Shown: positions 1-12,062, counted from the stretch's first letter. The stretch: DNA of 64,000 nt from Candidatus Latescibacterota bacterium (GCA_965261395.1 OZ253462.1:256001-320000), one strand, 5' to 3'. Numbers and translations are program-made. Notes: generated by a model not told the origin, from the sequence alone.

Positions 1-429
1 CACCACGACCACAGTCATGAAGAAGAGCACCACCACGATCACCCTCATGGGGAGCACGACCACAGCCATGAAGAAGAGCACCACGGCCACAGCCATGAGA
101 TACCCAGCAAAGTGACCCTCGGCAGTTTACTAACGTTGGGGATTTCCGGCGGTATCGTGCCTTGTCCAGGGGCGTTGGTGATCCTGTTGCTGGCCGTGGC
201 CCTACATCGCATTGCCTTTGGCTTGCTGCTTTTGGTGGCTTTCAGCGTCGGGCTAGCCGCAATCCTAATCGCCATCGGCGTACTCATCGTCAAGGCGCGA
301 CCGCTCGTGGAGCGCTTCTCGGGCGACGGCCGCTGGATTCAGCGGCTGCCCATTGCGAGTGCCGTGATCATCATCGTCGTCGGCTGCGCCATAACCCTCA
401 GAACGCTGATGGACTCGGGGGTTATGTAG
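1..429 (+). CDS. Nickel/cobalt efflux transporter RcnA/HoxN-like family (5'-truncated by window edge)
   Basis: Frame 1 is open from base 1: His-rich repeat HHDHSHEEEHHHDHPHGEHDHSHEEEHHGHSHE, then LGISGGIVPCPGAL and hydrophobic helices typical of RcnA-like proteins. Confidence 0.8.
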   Translation, partial: HHDHSHEEEHHHDHPHGEHDHSHEEEHHGHSHEIPSKVTLGSLLTLGISGGIVPCPGALVILLLAVALHRIAFGLLLLVAFSVGLAAILIAIGVLIVKARPLVERFSGDGRWIQRLPIASAVIIIVVGCAITLRTLMDSGVM

Positions 430-510
430 GGGAAGCACCCATTGCACTTGGCGCTGATCCCCGCTCGAGGTTGTCAGCGGGAAATGATGCCCAATCCCAG
501 TCCCTTACAC

Positions 511-547
511 AAAAAAAGGGGAACCTCTCAAGGAGGCCCCCCTTTTT
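511..547. terminator. Bidirectional intrinsic terminator between convergent genes
   Basis: AAAAAAAGGGGAACCTC-TCAAG-GAGGCCCCCCTTTTT hairpin flanked by A and T tracts, between rcnA-like (+) and gltD (-). Confidence 0.7.
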
Positions 548-565
548 CGTACAACCTATCGCCGC

Positions 566-2059
566 TCAGGGTAGCTGCGTGCTACCCATCAGATAGCGGT
601 CCACCTCGCGGGCGGCACCCCTGCCTTCGTTGATCGCCCACACGACCAAGCTCTGGCCGCGCCGCATATCGCCAGCGGCGAAAATACCTTCGACGCTAGT
701 GGCGTATTTCTCGTGTTCAGCACGAGCGTTGGAGCGCTGATCGCGCTCGACGCCTAGCTGTTCGAGCATTGCGTCTTCTGGCCCGCGGAACCCCATCGCC
801 AACAGCACCAAGTCGGCCGGCCAGACCTTCTCGGTGCCCGCGACCGGCACGGGCGTGAAGCGACCGTTTTCATCCTTATCCCACTCGATATTGACCGTGT
901 GTAGTTCCTTGACGCGGCCCTCACCGTTGCCGACGAACCGCTGGGTCATAATCAGATAGGTACGCGGATCATCGCCGAAGCGGGCTTTGGCCTCTTCCTG
1001 GCCGTAGTCGAGCTTATAGACGTTGGGCCACTGCGGCCAGGGGTTGTTGGGCGCGCGCTCGTCCGGTGGCCGAGGCATGATCTCGAATTGCGAGAGCGTC
1101 TTGCATCCGTGGCGCATCGACGTGCCAACGCAGTCGGTGCCGGTGTCGCCGCCACCGATGACGATCACGTGCTGGTCCTTGGCCGAGATGTAGTTGCCAT
1201 CCGCGTGATTGGAGTCGAGCAGGCTCTTGGTGTTGGCGCGCAAAAAGTCCATCGCAAAGTAGATGCCCGGCAGATCCCGTCCCTCAATCGGCAGATCGTT
1301 GGGCTTGGTGGCCCCGCCACAGAGCACCACTGAGTCGTTTTCTTCCACTAGCTGCGTCGCCGGGAGATCTACACCGATCTCGGTGCGGGTGACGAACTTG
1401 ACGCCCTCGGCCTCCATCAGATCAACGCGGCGCTGCACCACCTTTTTCTTGTCGAGCTTCATGTTGGGGATCCCGTACATCAGCAGGCCGCCGATGCGAT
1501 CGGCCCGCTCGTACACGGTCACCCAATGGCCAGCGCGATTGAGCTGGGCGGCACAGGCCAAGCCCGCCGGGCCTGAGCCAACGACGGCGACCTTTTTGCC
1601 GGTGCGCTTGTCGGGCGGCTCGGGCACAATCCAGCCCACCTCAAAGCCCTTATCGACAATGGCGCACTCGACGCTCTTGATCGTCACCGGCGGAGCGTTG
1701 ATCCCCAGCACGCAGGCTCCCTCGCAGGGTGCCGGGCAGACCCGGCCAGTAAACTCCGGGAAGTTGTTGGTCTTGTGCAGCCTCTCTAGCGCCTCCTGCC
1801 ACAATCCGCGATAGACCAAGTCGTTCCATTCGGGGATTAGGTTGTTGATCGGGCAGCCAGAGCCTTTGTCCCCCTGACTAACGATGTCGCCCAAGTGGCA
1901 GAAGGGGATGCCGCAGTCCATGCAGCGCGCGCCCTGATCGCGCAGGCGCTCGTCGGGAAAGTGCTCGTGGAACTCGTCCCAGTCCGCAACGCGCTCTAAT
2001 GGGTCGCGGTCTTGCGGTAACTCGCGTACAAATTCGATGAATCCGGTGGGTTTACCCAT
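566..2059 (-). CDS. gltD: Glutamate synthase small subunit
   Basis: MGKPTGF start, [10 protein letters not shown] and [12 protein letters not shown] Fe-S motifs, GSGPAG and GGGDTG dinucleotide-binding motifs, [20 protein letters not shown]. Confidence 0.97.
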   Translation of the reverse strand: MGKPTGFIEFVRELPQDRDPLERVADWDEFHEHFPDERLRDQGARCMDCGIPFCHLGDIVSQGDKGSGCPINNLIPEWNDLVYRGLWQEALERLHKTNNFPEFTGRVCPAPCEGACVLGINAPPVTIKSVECAIVDKGFEVGWIVPEPPDKRTGKKVAVVGSGPAGLACAAQLNRAGHWVTVYERADRIGGLLMYGIPNMKLDKKKVVQRRVDLMEAEGVKFVTRTEIGVDLPATQLVEENDSVVLCGGATKPNDLPIEGRDLPGIYFAMDFLRANTKSLLDSNHADGNYISAKDQHVIVIGGGDTGTDCVGTSMRHGCKTLSQFEIMPRPPDERAPNNPWPQWPNVYKLDYGQEEAKARFGDDPRTYLIMTQRFVGNGEGRVKELHTVNIEWDKDENGRFTPVPVAGTEKVWPADLVLLAMGFRGPEDAMLEQLGVERDQRSNARAEHEKYATSVEGIFAAGDMRRGQSLVVWAINEGRGAAREVDRYLMGSTQLP

Positions 2060-2085
2060 TGATTTCTTTCCTGTTCAGTACCCTA

Positions 2086-5000
2086 TCAGGACGCTTCGGC
2101 CATGGCCTCGCGGAAGGCGACTAGCGCGGCCTCGTCGCCGGTCAGCCCCCGTTCCTCGACGCGCTTGAAGGCGTTGAGCATCTTGCGGTAGTCGCGCGGC
2201 ATGACCTTGACGAACTTAGGCAACACCGCGTCCCATTGGTCCAAGACGCGCTGGCCGAGTGCGCTGTTGGTGTGCTGCACGTGGCGCTCGATCATGGCCT
2301 GCAGCTCGGCGATGTCCTCGGCGTCTTCTACCGGCCCCATATCGGCCATCTCGTCGTTGAAGCGGATCGCAAAGTCGCCCTCTTCGTCGAGCACGTAGGC
2401 AACGCCGCCCGACATCCCCGCGCCAAAATTGCGGCCTGTACTACCCAGCACCACGACCCGCCCGCCGGTCATGTACTCGCAGCCGTGGTCGCCGACGCCC
2501 TCTACTACGGCGCGGACGCCGCTGTTGCGCACGCAGAAGCGCTCGCCGGCGATGCCGTGGATATACGCCTCGCCAGAGGTCGCACCATAGAAGGCGACAT
2601 TGCCGCAAATGATGTTCTCCCACGGCACGAAGGTAGAGCCTTTGGGCGGATAGAGCACCAGCTTGGCACCTGAAAGCCCCTTGCCGAAGTAGTCGTTGGC
2701 ATCGCCTTCGACTTCCATGGTCATGCCCTTAGGGGTGAAGGCGGCAAAGCTCTGGCCGGCGACGCCTTCGAACTTGAGGCGAATCGAGTCCTCGGGCAGG
2801 CCCTCGGGGCCGTAGCGCCTAGTCACCTCGCTGCCGAGAATCGTGCCTACGACTCGGTTGGTATTCTCGATCGGCAACACCGCCTCGACCGGCTCGCCGC
2901 TTTCAAGCGCCGATCTGCACAGTTCCAGCAAGGTAGTGTTGTCAAGGGCCTCGTCCAGCCCGTGGTCTTGCGGGATCTGGCAGTAGCGCCCGACTTGAGG
3001 GCCGACCTCGGGCTGGTGCAAGATCGGCGTCAGGTCAATGCCGGCGGCCTTCCACAATGCAATGGCCTTCTTGGGCTCGAGCCGGTCGGTGCGGCCAATC
3101 ATCTCATTGACGGTGCGGAAGCCGAGCGCGGCCATGATCTCGCGCATGTCCTCGGCGACAAAGCGCAAGAAGTTGACCACGTGATCGGGGCTACCCATGA
3201 ATTTGGCGCGCAACTCCGGGTTTTGGGTCGCCACGCCCACTGGACAGGTGTCGAGGTGGCAGACCCGCATCATAATGCAGCCCATCGCAACCAGCGCCGT
3301 GGTGGCGAAGCCGAATTCCTCAGCGCCCAGCAACGCGGCGATGGCCACGTCGCGTCCCGTCTTGAGCTGGCCGTCGGTCTCGACGACGATGCGGCTGCGC
3401 AGGTCGTTGAGTACCAGCGTCTGGTGCGTCTCGGCCAAGCCCAGCTCCCAAGGCAGGCCAGCGTGCTTAATCGAGGTCTGCGGCGAGGCCCCGGTGCCGC
3501 CGTCGTGGCCCGAAATAAGCACCACCTCCGCGTGGCCCTTGGCCACCCCAGCGGCGACAGTACCGACCCCGAATTCGGAGACTAGTTTGACGTTGATCCG
3601 CGCATCGACATTTGAATTTTTGAGATCGTGGATAAGCTGCGCCAAGTCCTCAATCGAGTAGATGTCGTGGTGTGGCGGCGGCGAGATCAACTCTACGCCT
3701 GGGGTCGAGTGGCGCACCTTGGCGATCCAGGGATAGACCTTGGGGCCGGGCAGTTCGCCGCCCTCGCCCGGCTTGGCACCTTGGGCCATCTTGATTTGCA
3801 GCTCTTTGGCCTGGGTCAGATAGTGGCTCGTCACGCCGAAGCGCCCAGAGGCTACCTGCTTAATAGCACTGTTTTTGGAATCGCCATTGGGCTCAATCAC
3901 GTAGCGGGCCGGGTCTTCGCCGCCCTCGCCGGTATTGCTCTTGCCGCCGAGGCGGTTCATGGCGATGGCCAAGCCTTCGTGCGCCTCCTTGCTAATCGAG
4001 CCGTAGGACATCGCCCCGCTCTTGAAGCGGCGGGTGATCTCCTCGACCGACTCGACCTCCTCGATGGGCACCGGCTCGGCATCGCCCCTGAACTCCAACA
4101 GGCTCCGCAAGGTCGCCAAGCGCTCGGACTGATCGTTGATCAACTCGGCGTACTGCTTGTACACCGCGTAGTCGTTGGCGCGCGACGCCCGCTGCAACAG
4201 GTGGATCGTCTTGGGGTTGAAGAGGTGATGCTCGCCGCCCTTGCGCCATTGATAGTGACCGCCCACATCGAGGGTGCGACCATTGGTCGGGATCTGGGGG
4301 AAAGCCGCCTCGTGGCGCGCTAGGGCCTCGCGGGCAATATCCTCAAGGCCCATGCCCTTCACTTGGGTCGTGGTCCAAGTGAAGTACTGATCGACCACGT
4401 CTTGATTTAGCCCCACGGCCTCGAAAATCTGCGCGCCCCGATACGACTTGATCGTCGAGATGCCCATCTTGGCCATCACCTTGACCGTGCCCTTGATCGC
4501 CGCGTAGATGTAGCGCTCCTCGGCCTCCGCGTAGGTATGGCCTTCGAGCATGTTTTCGCGGATCATGTCGTTGAGACTCTCAAAGGCCATGTAGGGGTTG
4601 ATCGCCTGAGCGCCGTAGCCCAACAGCAGGCAGTAGTGATGCACCTCGCGCGGCTCGCCCGACTCAAGCGCCAAGCCGACGCGCGTGCGAGTCTCCAACC
4701 GCACTAAGTGATGGTGAACCCCAGACACGGCCAACAGCGCCGGAATCGGCACGTTGTCGGCATCTACCTCCCGGTCCGAGAGGATAATCAGGTTGCACCC
4801 CCGCGCGATGGCCGCATCGACGTTGGCGCAGAGCGCGTCCATGGCTTTGGCGAGGCCAGCCTCGCCGTCCTCGCGCTTGAACAGGATCGGAATCGTCTCC
4901 GCCTTGTGGCCAAAGCGATCAACCTGCCGGAGCTTTTCTAGCTCGTCGTTTTTGAGAATCGGCCGCTGCAAGGTGATCTGGCGGCAGCTTGCCGGCTCGG

Positions 5001-6672
5001 GCACCAGCAAATTGCGCTCGGGGCCGATCTTGGTCTCGGCCGAGGTAATCAATTCCTCGCGCAGCGGGTCGAGCGGGGGATTGGTAACCTGGGCGAAGTG
5101 CTGCTTGAAGTAGTTGTAGAGGAGCTGCGGTCGCTCCGAGAGCGCCGCTAGCGCCGCGTCGTTGCCCATCGAGCCGACCGGGTCCTTGAGTACCTGGACC
5201 ATCGGCTTGATGAAGACGCGCAGGTCCTCAAACGTATAGCCGAAGGCCTGCTGCCAGTGGAGCACTTCTTCGTGGCTTGCTAACAGGGGCGCGCCTTGGG
5301 CCTCGGGCAAGTCCTCGAGCGCGACTAGGTTGGCGTCGAGCCACGCCTGATAGGGATGCTCCGTGGCGATCTGGTGCTTGATCTCCTCGTCGCTGATGAT
5401 CCGTCCCACTTCCGTATCAATCAAAAGCATCCGGCCCGGTTGCAGCCGGCCTTTGAAGACCACGTCTTCCGGCGGAATACTCAGCACGCCCGTCTCCGAA
5501 GAAAGCACCAGGGTATCGTCTTTCGCAATGTAGTAGCGCGAGGGTCTAAAGCCGTTGCGGTCGAGCATGCCGCCAACGACGGTGCCGTCGGTAAAGGCCA
5601 CCGAGGCCGGCCCGTCCCACGGCTCCATCAGACAGCTATGGTACTCGTAAAAGGCTCGCTTCTCAGCGCTCATGGTCTCGTGGTTTTCCCACGGCTCGGG
5701 GATCATCATCATCACCGCGTGTGCCAACGAGCGTCCCCCCAAGGTCAGCAGTTCGAGCGCATTGTCTAACTTGGCCGAATCAGAGCCGTCTTCGTGGATG
5801 ATGGGGAAGAGCTTGTCGATGTCGTCGCCGAAGTACTCGGAGGCCAGCATCCCCTCGCGCGCGCGCATCCAGTTGCCGTTGCCACGCACGGTGTTTATCT
5901 CGCCGTTGTGGATGATGTAGCGATAGGGATGCGCCCGCTCCCAGCTAGGGAAGGTGTTGGTGCTAAAGCGCGAATGCACCAAGGCGATGGCCGCCTCAAA
6001 GCGCTCGTCATTCAAGTCGGGGAAATAGTCCACGACTTGGTCGGAGATCAGCATGCCCTTATAGACGATGGTGCGGGAAGAGAGGCTGGCCGGGTAAAAG
6101 AAATCGCCGGCGGCGATTTCGCCACTGTAGCGAATCGCGTTTTCAGCGCGCTTGCAGATGACGTAGAGCTTGCGCTCAAAGGCCAGCGCGTCGTCGCCTT
6201 GCACCTCGCCGTGGCCGATAAAGACCTGGCGCTGAAACGGCTCGCGCATCTTGGCAGTGTGGCCCAAGGCGGCGTTGTGGGTGGGCACGTCCCGCCAGCC
6301 GAGCAGGCGCTGGCCCTCTTCCTCGACGATGCGGGCGAAGTGCTCCTCGCAGACTTGGCGCTGGGCGGAATCGGGCGGCAAAAACAACATGCCCACTCCG
6401 TACTCGCCTGGTGGGGGCAACTCAAAGTCGCAGATGGCGCTAAAGAACTTGTGGGGTAACTGCACCAACATGCCGGCACCGTCGCCCGTGTTGGCTTCGC
6501 AACCGCAGGCACCTCGGTGCTTGAGATGCTCCAAGACCTCCAAGGATTGGAGCACTAATTTGTGCGACTTGTGGCCCTTGATATTTACGACAAAGCCAAT
6601 CCCGCAGGCGTCGCTTTCGCGGGCAGGATCATAAAGACCCTGCTTTTGTGGGTATCCGGGAATACGGGTCAT
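2086..6672 (-). CDS. gltB: Glutamate synthase large subunit
   Basis: 1528 aa; DACGIGF Ntn cysteine, [40 protein letters not shown]. Confidence 0.98.
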   Translation of the reverse strand: MTRIPGYPQKQGLYDPARESDACGIGFVVNIKGHKSHKLVLQSLEVLEHLKHRGACGCEANTGDGAGMLVQLPHKFFSAICDFELPPPGEYGVGMLFLPPDSAQRQVCEEHFARIVEEEGQRLLGWRDVPTHNAALGHTAKMREPFQRQVFIGHGEVQGDDALAFERKLYVICKRAENAIRYSGEIAAGDFFYPASLSSRTIVYKGMLISDQVVDYFPDLNDERFEAAIALVHSRFSTNTFPSWERAHPYRYIIHNGEINTVRGNGNWMRAREGMLASEYFGDDIDKLFPIIHEDGSDSAKLDNALELLTLGGRSLAHAVMMMIPEPWENHETMSAEKRAFYEYHSCLMEPWDGPASVAFTDGTVVGGMLDRNGFRPSRYYIAKDDTLVLSSETGVLSIPPEDVVFKGRLQPGRMLLIDTEVGRIISDEEIKHQIATEHPYQAWLDANLVALEDLPEAQGAPLLASHEEVLHWQQAFGYTFEDLRVFIKPMVQVLKDPVGSMGNDAALAALSERPQLLYNYFKQHFAQVTNPPLDPLREELITSAETKIGPERNLLVPEPASCRQITLQRPILKNDELEKLRQVDRFGHKAETIPILFKREDGEAGLAKAMDALCANVDAAIARGCNLIILSDREVDADNVPIPALLAVSGVHHHLVRLETRTRVGLALESGEPREVHHYCLLLGYGAQAINPYMAFESLNDMIRENMLEGHTYAEAEERYIYAAIKGTVKVMAKMGISTIKSYRGAQIFEAVGLNQDVVDQYFTWTTTQVKGMGLEDIAREALARHEAAFPQIPTNGRTLDVGGHYQWRKGGEHHLFNPKTIHLLQRASRANDYAVYKQYAELINDQSERLATLRSLLEFRGDAEPVPIEEVESVEEITRRFKSGAMSYGSISKEAHEGLAIAMNRLGGKSNTGEGGEDPARYVIEPNGDSKNSAIKQVASGRFGVTSHYLTQAKELQIKMAQGAKPGEGGELPGPKVYPWIAKVRHSTPGVELISPPPHHDIYSIEDLAQLIHDLKNSNVDARINVKLVSEFGVGTVAAGVAKGHAEVVLISGHDGGTGASPQTSIKHAGLPWELGLAETHQTLVLNDLRSRIVVETDGQLKTGRDVAIAALLGAEEFGFATTALVAMGCIMMRVCHLDTCPVGVATQNPELRAKFMGSPDHVVNFLRFVAEDMREIMAALGFRTVNEMIGRTDRLEPKKAIALWKAAGIDLTPILHQPEVGPQVGRYCQIPQDHGLDEALDNTTLLELCRSALESGEPVEAVLPIENTNRVVGTILGSEVTRRYGPEGLPEDSIRLKFEGVAGQSFAAFTPKGMTMEVEGDANDYFGKGLSGAKLVLYPPKGSTFVPWENIICGNVAFYGATSGEAYIHGIAGERFCVRNSGVRAVVEGVGDHGCEYMTGGRVVVLGSTGRNFGAGMSGGVAYVLDEEGDFAIRFNDEMADMGPVEDAEDIAELQAMIERHVQHTNSALGQRVLDQWDAVLPKFVKVMPRDYRKMLNAFKRVEERGLTGDEAALVAFREAMAEAS

Positions 6673-6712
6673 TTTAATTTTCCCTTGCTCGATCTTCTAA
6701 AAAAGAAGGTCT

Positions 6713-6811
6713 AATATATGGATTACGACTACGTTGTCAAACACCCTTACGCCAGTTTCCACAACTTTCTTCAAACATCCCTTGACAGCACTATCACATA
6801 TGGCCTAAATT
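6713..6811. promoter_or_regulatory. Divergent sigma70-like promoters for gltB (-) and the Lrp/AsnC regulator (+)
   Basis: Minus strand TTGACA (6735-6740) -16 nt- TATATT (6713-6718); plus strand TTGACA (6782-6787) -18 nt- TAAATT. Confidence 0.45.
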
Positions 6812-6847
6812 GCGCTAAATTTCACTTCTAAAAGGACAATTCAGGCC

Positions 6848-7423
6848 ATGAGACGTTTCGACAAACAAGAGCAACAGATCATCCGCACCCTCATCCGCAA
6901 CCCCCGCTGCTCGGACAATCGCATCAGTACCTTGACCGGCGTGCCAGTGCGCACTGTCAGCCGCAAGCGCGCCCGCCTCGAACAGGAAGACATCCTCTTC
7001 TACTACGCGGCGGTCGATATGCAGGCTCAAGGCACGGGCCGCTTTTCGACCCAGCACATGCTAACCATCAAGTTCAAATTGGGCATCACCCGCAGCCAGA
7101 TCGTGCAGGAAATCCGCTCCGAACCCAATGTCGCCAACGTCTTCAGCGAGCTAATCCGCGACAGCTATATCGCCGAAGTAGATGGCCATATCGCGTTGGT
7201 GATGGTCGTCGAAGGCGAGTCCGACAGTGATGTGGCCGAAAGTGTCCAGGGCAAGATCATCCCCTCGCTGCAAAAAAATCACGGCGAGGACTCGATCCAA
7301 GAGATGCAAACCATCCGCTTGTTGGACCCCATCAGGCGGCTGCACAACTATTTGCCCATGGTAAATACGAAGGCGGGTTTCATCGTCGACTCTTGGCCCG
7401 ACGACGCTATTTTCGTCGAGTGA
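6848..7423 (+). CDS. Lrp/AsnC family transcriptional regulator
   Basis: N-terminal HTH (FDKQEQQIIRTLIRNPRCSDNRISTLTGVPVRTVSRKRARLEQEDIL) with a RAM-like C-terminal region; divergent from gltB. Confidence 0.7.
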   Translation: MRRFDKQEQQIIRTLIRNPRCSDNRISTLTGVPVRTVSRKRARLEQEDILFYYAAVDMQAQGTGRFSTQHMLTIKFKLGITRSQIVQEIRSEPNVANVFSELIRDSYIAEVDGHIALVMVVEGESDSDVAESVQGKIIPSLQKNHGEDSIQEMQTIRLLDPIRRLHNYLPMVNTKAGFIVDSWPDDAIFVE

Positions 7424-7440
7424 GCGCGGGAAAACGGCCC

Positions 7441-8814
7441 CTATCTGCTCTCCTTTACCGCGGCCACCAAATCCAATACTGCCTCCCGGGCATTGCCGAA
7501 AAACATCAGCGTATTCTCCGCGGCAAAAAGCGGATTGGGCAGCCCGGCAAACCCCGGGCTCAGGCTCCGCTTAATTACCACCACTGTGCGCGCATTATCC
7601 ACGTCGAGGATGGGCATTCCGGCAATCGGCCCGGAATCCGCGTCGCGGGCGAGGGGATTGACCACGTCGTTGGCGCCGATGATCAGCGCCACATCGGTCT
7701 GCTGGAAGGTCGGATTGATCCGATCCATCTCCACTAGCTTGTCGTAGGGCACTTCGGCTTCGGCCAATAGCACATTCATGTGGCCCGGCATCCGACCCGC
7801 CACCGGATGAATCGCGTACGCGACCTCGACACCGCGCTCTTCGAGCAAATTGGCCAAGTCCCGCACGGCGTGTTGCGCTTGGCCCACGGCCATGCCGTAG
7901 CCGGGGACCACCACCACGCGCCGGGCCGTGTCAAACAGCAACGCGACTTCCTCGGCCGAGGTTGACTTGATCTTGCCGGCATAGACCTCGTCGTCGCTGG
8001 TGCCGCTGGCGACCTCGGCACCGACGCCGCCGAAGAATACATTACCCAGCGAGCGGTTCATGGCCCGGCACATGATTTGCGTCAAAATCAGCCCCGAGGC
8101 CCCCACCAGCGACCCCGCGATAATCAGCACGTTGTTGTCGAGCACAAAGCCGGTAGCGGCCGCCGCCAGACCCGAACAAGAATTGAGCAAGGCAATCACC
8201 ACCGGCATATCGGCTCCGCCTATGGGCACCACGAGCAACACGCCCAACAGCGAGGCCACGCAGACCATGGCCCAGAAGGCGTCCGGCTCGCCCAGCACCA
8301 ACCAAGCACCCAAACCCGCGCTGCCGAGAGCCAGCACCCCGTTGCAAAACCGCTGGCCGGGAAACTGGATCAAGCCCTTGAGCACTTCCATCAGCTTGAG
8401 GAAGGCCACGATACTACCCCAGAAGGTCACCGCGCCGATGATCCCAGACGCGGCCGTGGCGGCCGTGAATTGGTAGGAAGGGGCCTGCGCCTCAATCAGC
8501 GCCGCGCCAGCCACCAGCGCGGAGGCACCGCCGCCCAAGCCGTTAAAACCCGCCACCAACTCGGGCATGGAGGTTAGGGGAATTTTTACCGCGAGGATCA
8601 TGCCAATCAGCGCACCGACGACTACGCCGAGCAAGATGTATTCGCCGGAGAGGATCCGCTGGTCCACCAGGGTGGCGACGACGGCCAACAACATCCCCAA
8701 GGCACCCAGCAAATTGCCGCGGACGGCCGTGCGCGGGTGCGTCAGCCCCTTGAGGCCGAGGATGAAGAAGACCGAGGCGACCAAGTAGGCGAAGTTAATC
8801 AGGGTCGCGCTCAT
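7441..8814 (-). CDS. pntB: NAD(P) transhydrogenase subunit beta
   Basis: MPELVAGFN, PIGGADMPVVIALLNS, VVVVPGYGMAVGQAQH, HPVAGRMPGHMNVLLAEA. Confidence 0.97.
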   Translation of the reverse strand: MSATLINFAYLVASVFFILGLKGLTHPRTAVRGNLLGALGMLLAVVATLVDQRILSGEYILLGVVVGALIGMILAVKIPLTSMPELVAGFNGLGGGASALVAGAALIEAQAPSYQFTAATAASGIIGAVTFWGSIVAFLKLMEVLKGLIQFPGQRFCNGVLALGSAGLGAWLVLGEPDAFWAMVCVASLLGVLLVVPIGGADMPVVIALLNSCSGLAAAATGFVLDNNVLIIAGSLVGASGLILTQIMCRAMNRSLGNVFFGGVGAEVASGTSDDEVYAGKIKSTSAEEVALLFDTARRVVVVPGYGMAVGQAQHAVRDLANLLEERGVEVAYAIHPVAGRMPGHMNVLLAEAEVPYDKLVEMDRINPTFQQTDVALIIGANDVVNPLARDADSGPIAGMPILDVDNARTVVVIKRSLSPGFAGLPNPLFAAENTLMFFGNAREAVLDLVAAVKESR

Positions 8815-8817
8815 GCG

Positions 8818-9099
8818 CTAGTCCCGTCTCCTAAACATCCCCAACATGCGGTGCGTCACCAGGAATCCACCCACCACGTTGATGGTGGCAAAGACGACAG
8901 CCGCCAGTCCCAAATAGGTAGCCAAAGCCGAGTGCTCTGAACCGGCCGAGAGCAGCGCACCGATCAGGGTGATGCCGGAGATGGCGTTGGACCCGGACAT
9001 CAGCGGCGTGTGCAGGGTCGGTGGGATCTTGGTGATGATTTCAAAGCCGACGAAGACAGCTAGTGCAAATACCGTCAGCGCGATTACGAGGACATCCAC
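8818..9099 (-). CDS. pntA: NAD(P) transhydrogenase subunit alpha, membrane part 2
   Basis: KIPPTLHTPLMSGSNAISGI and INVVGGFLVTHRMLGMF motifs. Confidence 0.95.
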   Translation of the reverse strand: MDVLVIALTVFALAVFVGFEIITKIPPTLHTPLMSGSNAISGITLIGALLSAGSEHSALATYLGLAAVVFATINVVGGFLVTHRMLGMFRRRD

Positions 9100-10247
9100 T
9101 ATAAGGCTCCTTTGCGGATGCGCGGATGGACGATCTCACCGCCGCGCAACACCAAGGTCTCGCGCGTGATTTCGTCTTCCATGTCGAATTGCAACGCTCC
9201 CTCGCCCGCCAAATGCCGGAAGAAGGTCGCTATATTGTGCGAGTACATTTGGCTGGCGTGGTGCGGCACAGTCGCCGGTAAATTGAGCGGCCCCATGATC
9301 TGCACTCCGTCCTCTACGACCGTCTCCCCAGGACGCGCCAGCTCGCAGTTGCCGCCGCGCTCGGCGGCCAAATCGACGATGACCGACCCCGGCCCCATGC
9401 TCTGCACGGCCGCGGCCGTAATCAACAAAGGGGCTGGTTGCCCTGGTATGGCGGCCGTGGTGATGATCACATCGCTCTGGCCAGCGACTTTGGCCAGTTC
9501 CTCGCGCTGGCGGCGGTAGAACACTTCGTCCTGTGCCCGCGCGTACCCGCCCGCGTCCTCGGAGTCGCCGGCGTCGATGTCCAGTTCCACGAACTTGGCC
9601 CCGAGGCTCTCGACCTGTTCTTTAACCGCCGGTCGCACGTCGTACGCCCGAATGACCGCTCCTAGGCGACGGGCCGTGGCAATGGCCTGGAGACCGGCGA
9701 CCCCTGCGCCGATGACCAGCACCCGAGCCGGGGTCAACGTGCCAGCGGCCGTCATCAAGAGCGGAAACATGCGCGGCAGAGCCGCAGCGGCCAAGAGCAC
9801 CGCTTTGTAGCCAGCGATCGTGGCCATAGACGAGAGCACATCCATGCTCTGGGCGCGAGTGATGCGCGGAATCAGTTCCATGGCGAACAGGGTCGCTCCG
9901 GCAGCGGCCAGCGCAGATAGTTGCGGACCAGCAGTCAGCGGGTCCGAAGCCCCAATGAGGACTTGACCGGAACGGATTCGGGCCAAGTCGGCGCGGCCGG
10001 CCTCCGGGTTCGCGCCGAGCGTGCGCACCTGGAACACCACGTCGGCGCGGGCGAATACCTCATCGCGGTCGGCAGCAATCTCAGCACCGCGGTCGGCATA
10101 GGCCGCGTCGGCATAGCCGGCTGCGGCACCCGCGCCCGGCTCTATTAGGATGTCCGCGTTGCAGGCCGACAACCCAGACGCAGCCTCCGGGACCAAGGCG
10201 ACCCGATGCTCTCCAGCGAAGGTCTCTCGTGCGATACCAACGATCAT
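9099..10247 (-). CDS. pntA: NAD(P) transhydrogenase subunit alpha, soluble part 1
   Basis: PRITRAQSMDVLSSMATIAGYKAV, GAGVAGLQAIATARRLGA, VDLAAERGGNC. Confidence 0.96.
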   Translation of the reverse strand: MIVGIARETFAGEHRVALVPEAASGLSACNADILIEPGAGAAAGYADAAYADRGAEIAADRDEVFARADVVFQVRTLGANPEAGRADLARIRSGQVLIGASDPLTAGPQLSALAAAGATLFAMELIPRITRAQSMDVLSSMATIAGYKAVLLAAAALPRMFPLLMTAAGTLTPARVLVIGAGVAGLQAIATARRLGAVIRAYDVRPAVKEQVESLGAKFVELDIDAGDSEDAGGYARAQDEVFYRRQREELAKVAGQSDVIITTAAIPGQPAPLLITAAAVQSMGPGSVIVDLAAERGGNCELARPGETVVEDGVQIMGPLNLPATVPHHASQMYSHNIATFFRHLAGEGALQFDMEDEITRETLVLRGGEIVHPRIRKGAL

Positions 10248-10250
10248 TTA

Positions 10251-10541
10251 TCAGTGGTGGGATACCAGCTTGTCGTGGTGCTTTTTTAGCTGGCTTTCGA
10301 TTTTGGACTCGGCTTCGGCGAGGGCCTTGTAGAGATTGTCCGCCGCCCCTGTGGCCGCAAACGTGCGGTTTGGTACCTTGACGATAATTTCCACTTTGTC
10401 GATGTGCTTTTCCTTGTCGAGGATGACTTCGCAATCCACGATGCGGTCGAAGTAGTTTTCGAGCTTATTACAAGAACTGGCAATGTGCGTTTTGGTTTCT
10501 TCTGAGATTTTGCCGTGGCGCATACTGATTCTGGGCTGCAT
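10251..10541 (-). CDS. hpf: Ribosome hibernation promoting factor / RaiA (short form)
   Basis: 96 aa S30AE-like domain: ISMRH...KLENYFDRIVDCEVIL...DNLYKALAEAESKIESQLKKHHDK. Confidence 0.85.
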   Translation of the reverse strand: MQPRISMRHGKISEETKTHIASSCNKLENYFDRIVDCEVILDKEKHIDKVEIIVKVPNRTFAATGAADNLYKALAEAESKIESQLKKHHDKLVSHH

Positions 10542-10592
10542 CCCCTAATCCTTTCTCAATTGTTTAGACAAAATTTAATCGCCGACCCGCGC

Positions 10593-11876
10593 TTAGGGCC
10601 GCTCTGCGAGAGGCTGATAGGTGCGCTGAACCGAGCCGGTGTAAACCTGACGCGGGCGGCTGATTTTGGTGGCTTTGCTCTCCTCGTACCAATGCGCGAT
10701 CCAGCCCGGCATGCGGCCGATGGCGAAGATCACGGTGAACATCTCCTTGGGAATACCGAGGGCGCGGAGAATGACGCCGCTGTAGAAATCCACGTTGGGA
10801 TAGAGCTTGCGCTGGACGAAGTAATCGTCTCCCAGCGCCACAGCTTCGAGCTCTTTCGCGATGTCGAGCAGGGGGTCGTTGATGTGGAGCTTGGCCAACA
10901 CTTTCTCGCAGCTCTTTTTGATGATCTTAGCGCGCGGGTCAAAATTCTTGTACACCCGATGCCCAAACCCCATCAAGCGGATCCCGGCTTTCTTGTCCTT
11001 GACCTGCGCGACGTAGTCCCTGACCGAAACGTTTTCGTCGCGAAATTTCTCTAGCATGTCCACCACTGCCACATTGGCCCCGCCGTGCAGCGGCCCCCAC
11101 AGGGCGGAGACGCCCGCCGCCACCGAGGCGAAGAGGTTGGCTTCGCTGCTGCCTACCATCCGCACCGTCGAGGTGCTGCAATTCTGCTCGTGGTCGGCGT
11201 GGAGGAGGAAGATCAAATCCAGCGCGTCGACCAACACGGGGTCCGCCTCAAACTCGTTGTACGGCTGGCTGAACATCATGTGCAGGAAATTTTCTGCGTA
11301 CCTCTTTTTTGGATGCGGGTACTCGATGTGGTGGCCTAGCTGCTGGCGATGGGAATAGGCGGCAATGGTGCGGACCTTGGACATGATGCGCGCGGCCGCT
11401 TCGATGAAGGTCTCCTCGTCCTGAATTTCCAACAGCTCGGGGTAGTAGCAGCTCAAGGCATTGAGCACCGAAGACAACACGGCCATCGGCGGCGAGTTGG
11501 GCGGAAAGAGGCTGAAGTGTTGCTTTAGCTCCTCGCGCAGCATCTGGTGCTTGGTCAGCAGCGCACTGAACTCATCTAGCTGCGCGGCGTTGGGCAACTC
11601 GCCCCAGATAAGCAAATAGGCGACCTCGATGAAGCGACTGTATTCGGCCAAATCCTCGATCGCGTAGCCCCGGTAGCGCAGGATGCCCGCATCGCCGTCG
11701 ATAAAGGTGATGTCGCTCTGGCAGGAGCCCGTATTGCCGTAGCCGGGATCTAGGGCGATATATCCGGTCTCGGCGCGCAATCTGGCAATATCGAGTGCCT
11801 TTTCGCCCTCGCTGCCAACGACGATGGGCAGTTCGACGATCTGGTCCCCGGCCAGCAAGCGGGCGGTTTCCGCCAT
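10593..11876 (-). CDS. gltA: Citrate synthase (type II)
   Basis: LDPGYGNTGSC, LHADHEQNCSTSTVR, GPLHGGAN, MGFGHRVYKNFDPRA, LYPNVDFYSG. Confidence 0.97.
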   Translation of the reverse strand: MAETARLLAGDQIVELPIVVGSEGEKALDIARLRAETGYIALDPGYGNTGSCQSDITFIDGDAGILRYRGYAIEDLAEYSRFIEVAYLLIWGELPNAAQLDEFSALLTKHQMLREELKQHFSLFPPNSPPMAVLSSVLNALSCYYPELLEIQDEETFIEAAARIMSKVRTIAAYSHRQQLGHHIEYPHPKKRYAENFLHMMFSQPYNEFEADPVLVDALDLIFLLHADHEQNCSTSTVRMVGSSEANLFASVAAGVSALWGPLHGGANVAVVDMLEKFRDENVSVRDYVAQVKDKKAGIRLMGFGHRVYKNFDPRAKIIKKSCEKVLAKLHINDPLLDIAKELEAVALGDDYFVQRKLYPNVDFYSGVILRALGIPKEMFTVIFAIGRMPGWIAHWYEESKATKISRPRQVYTGSVQRTYQPLAERP

Positions 11877-12062
11877 GTCTCGTTCTCCTTAATGTAACTC
11901 GGTCGCCGGGTGCGCTGAGTCGTGCCCCAAGCGCGATAGGTGTGCTGTTTTTATCAGATAGTAGGCCCTAAAATTTGCACTGTCAATTGTACTAGGGCTC
12001 CTCAGCGATACGCGCTGGCAGGTGCTTGATATCCGTAAAATTGGACGGTGACGAATAGCTAA

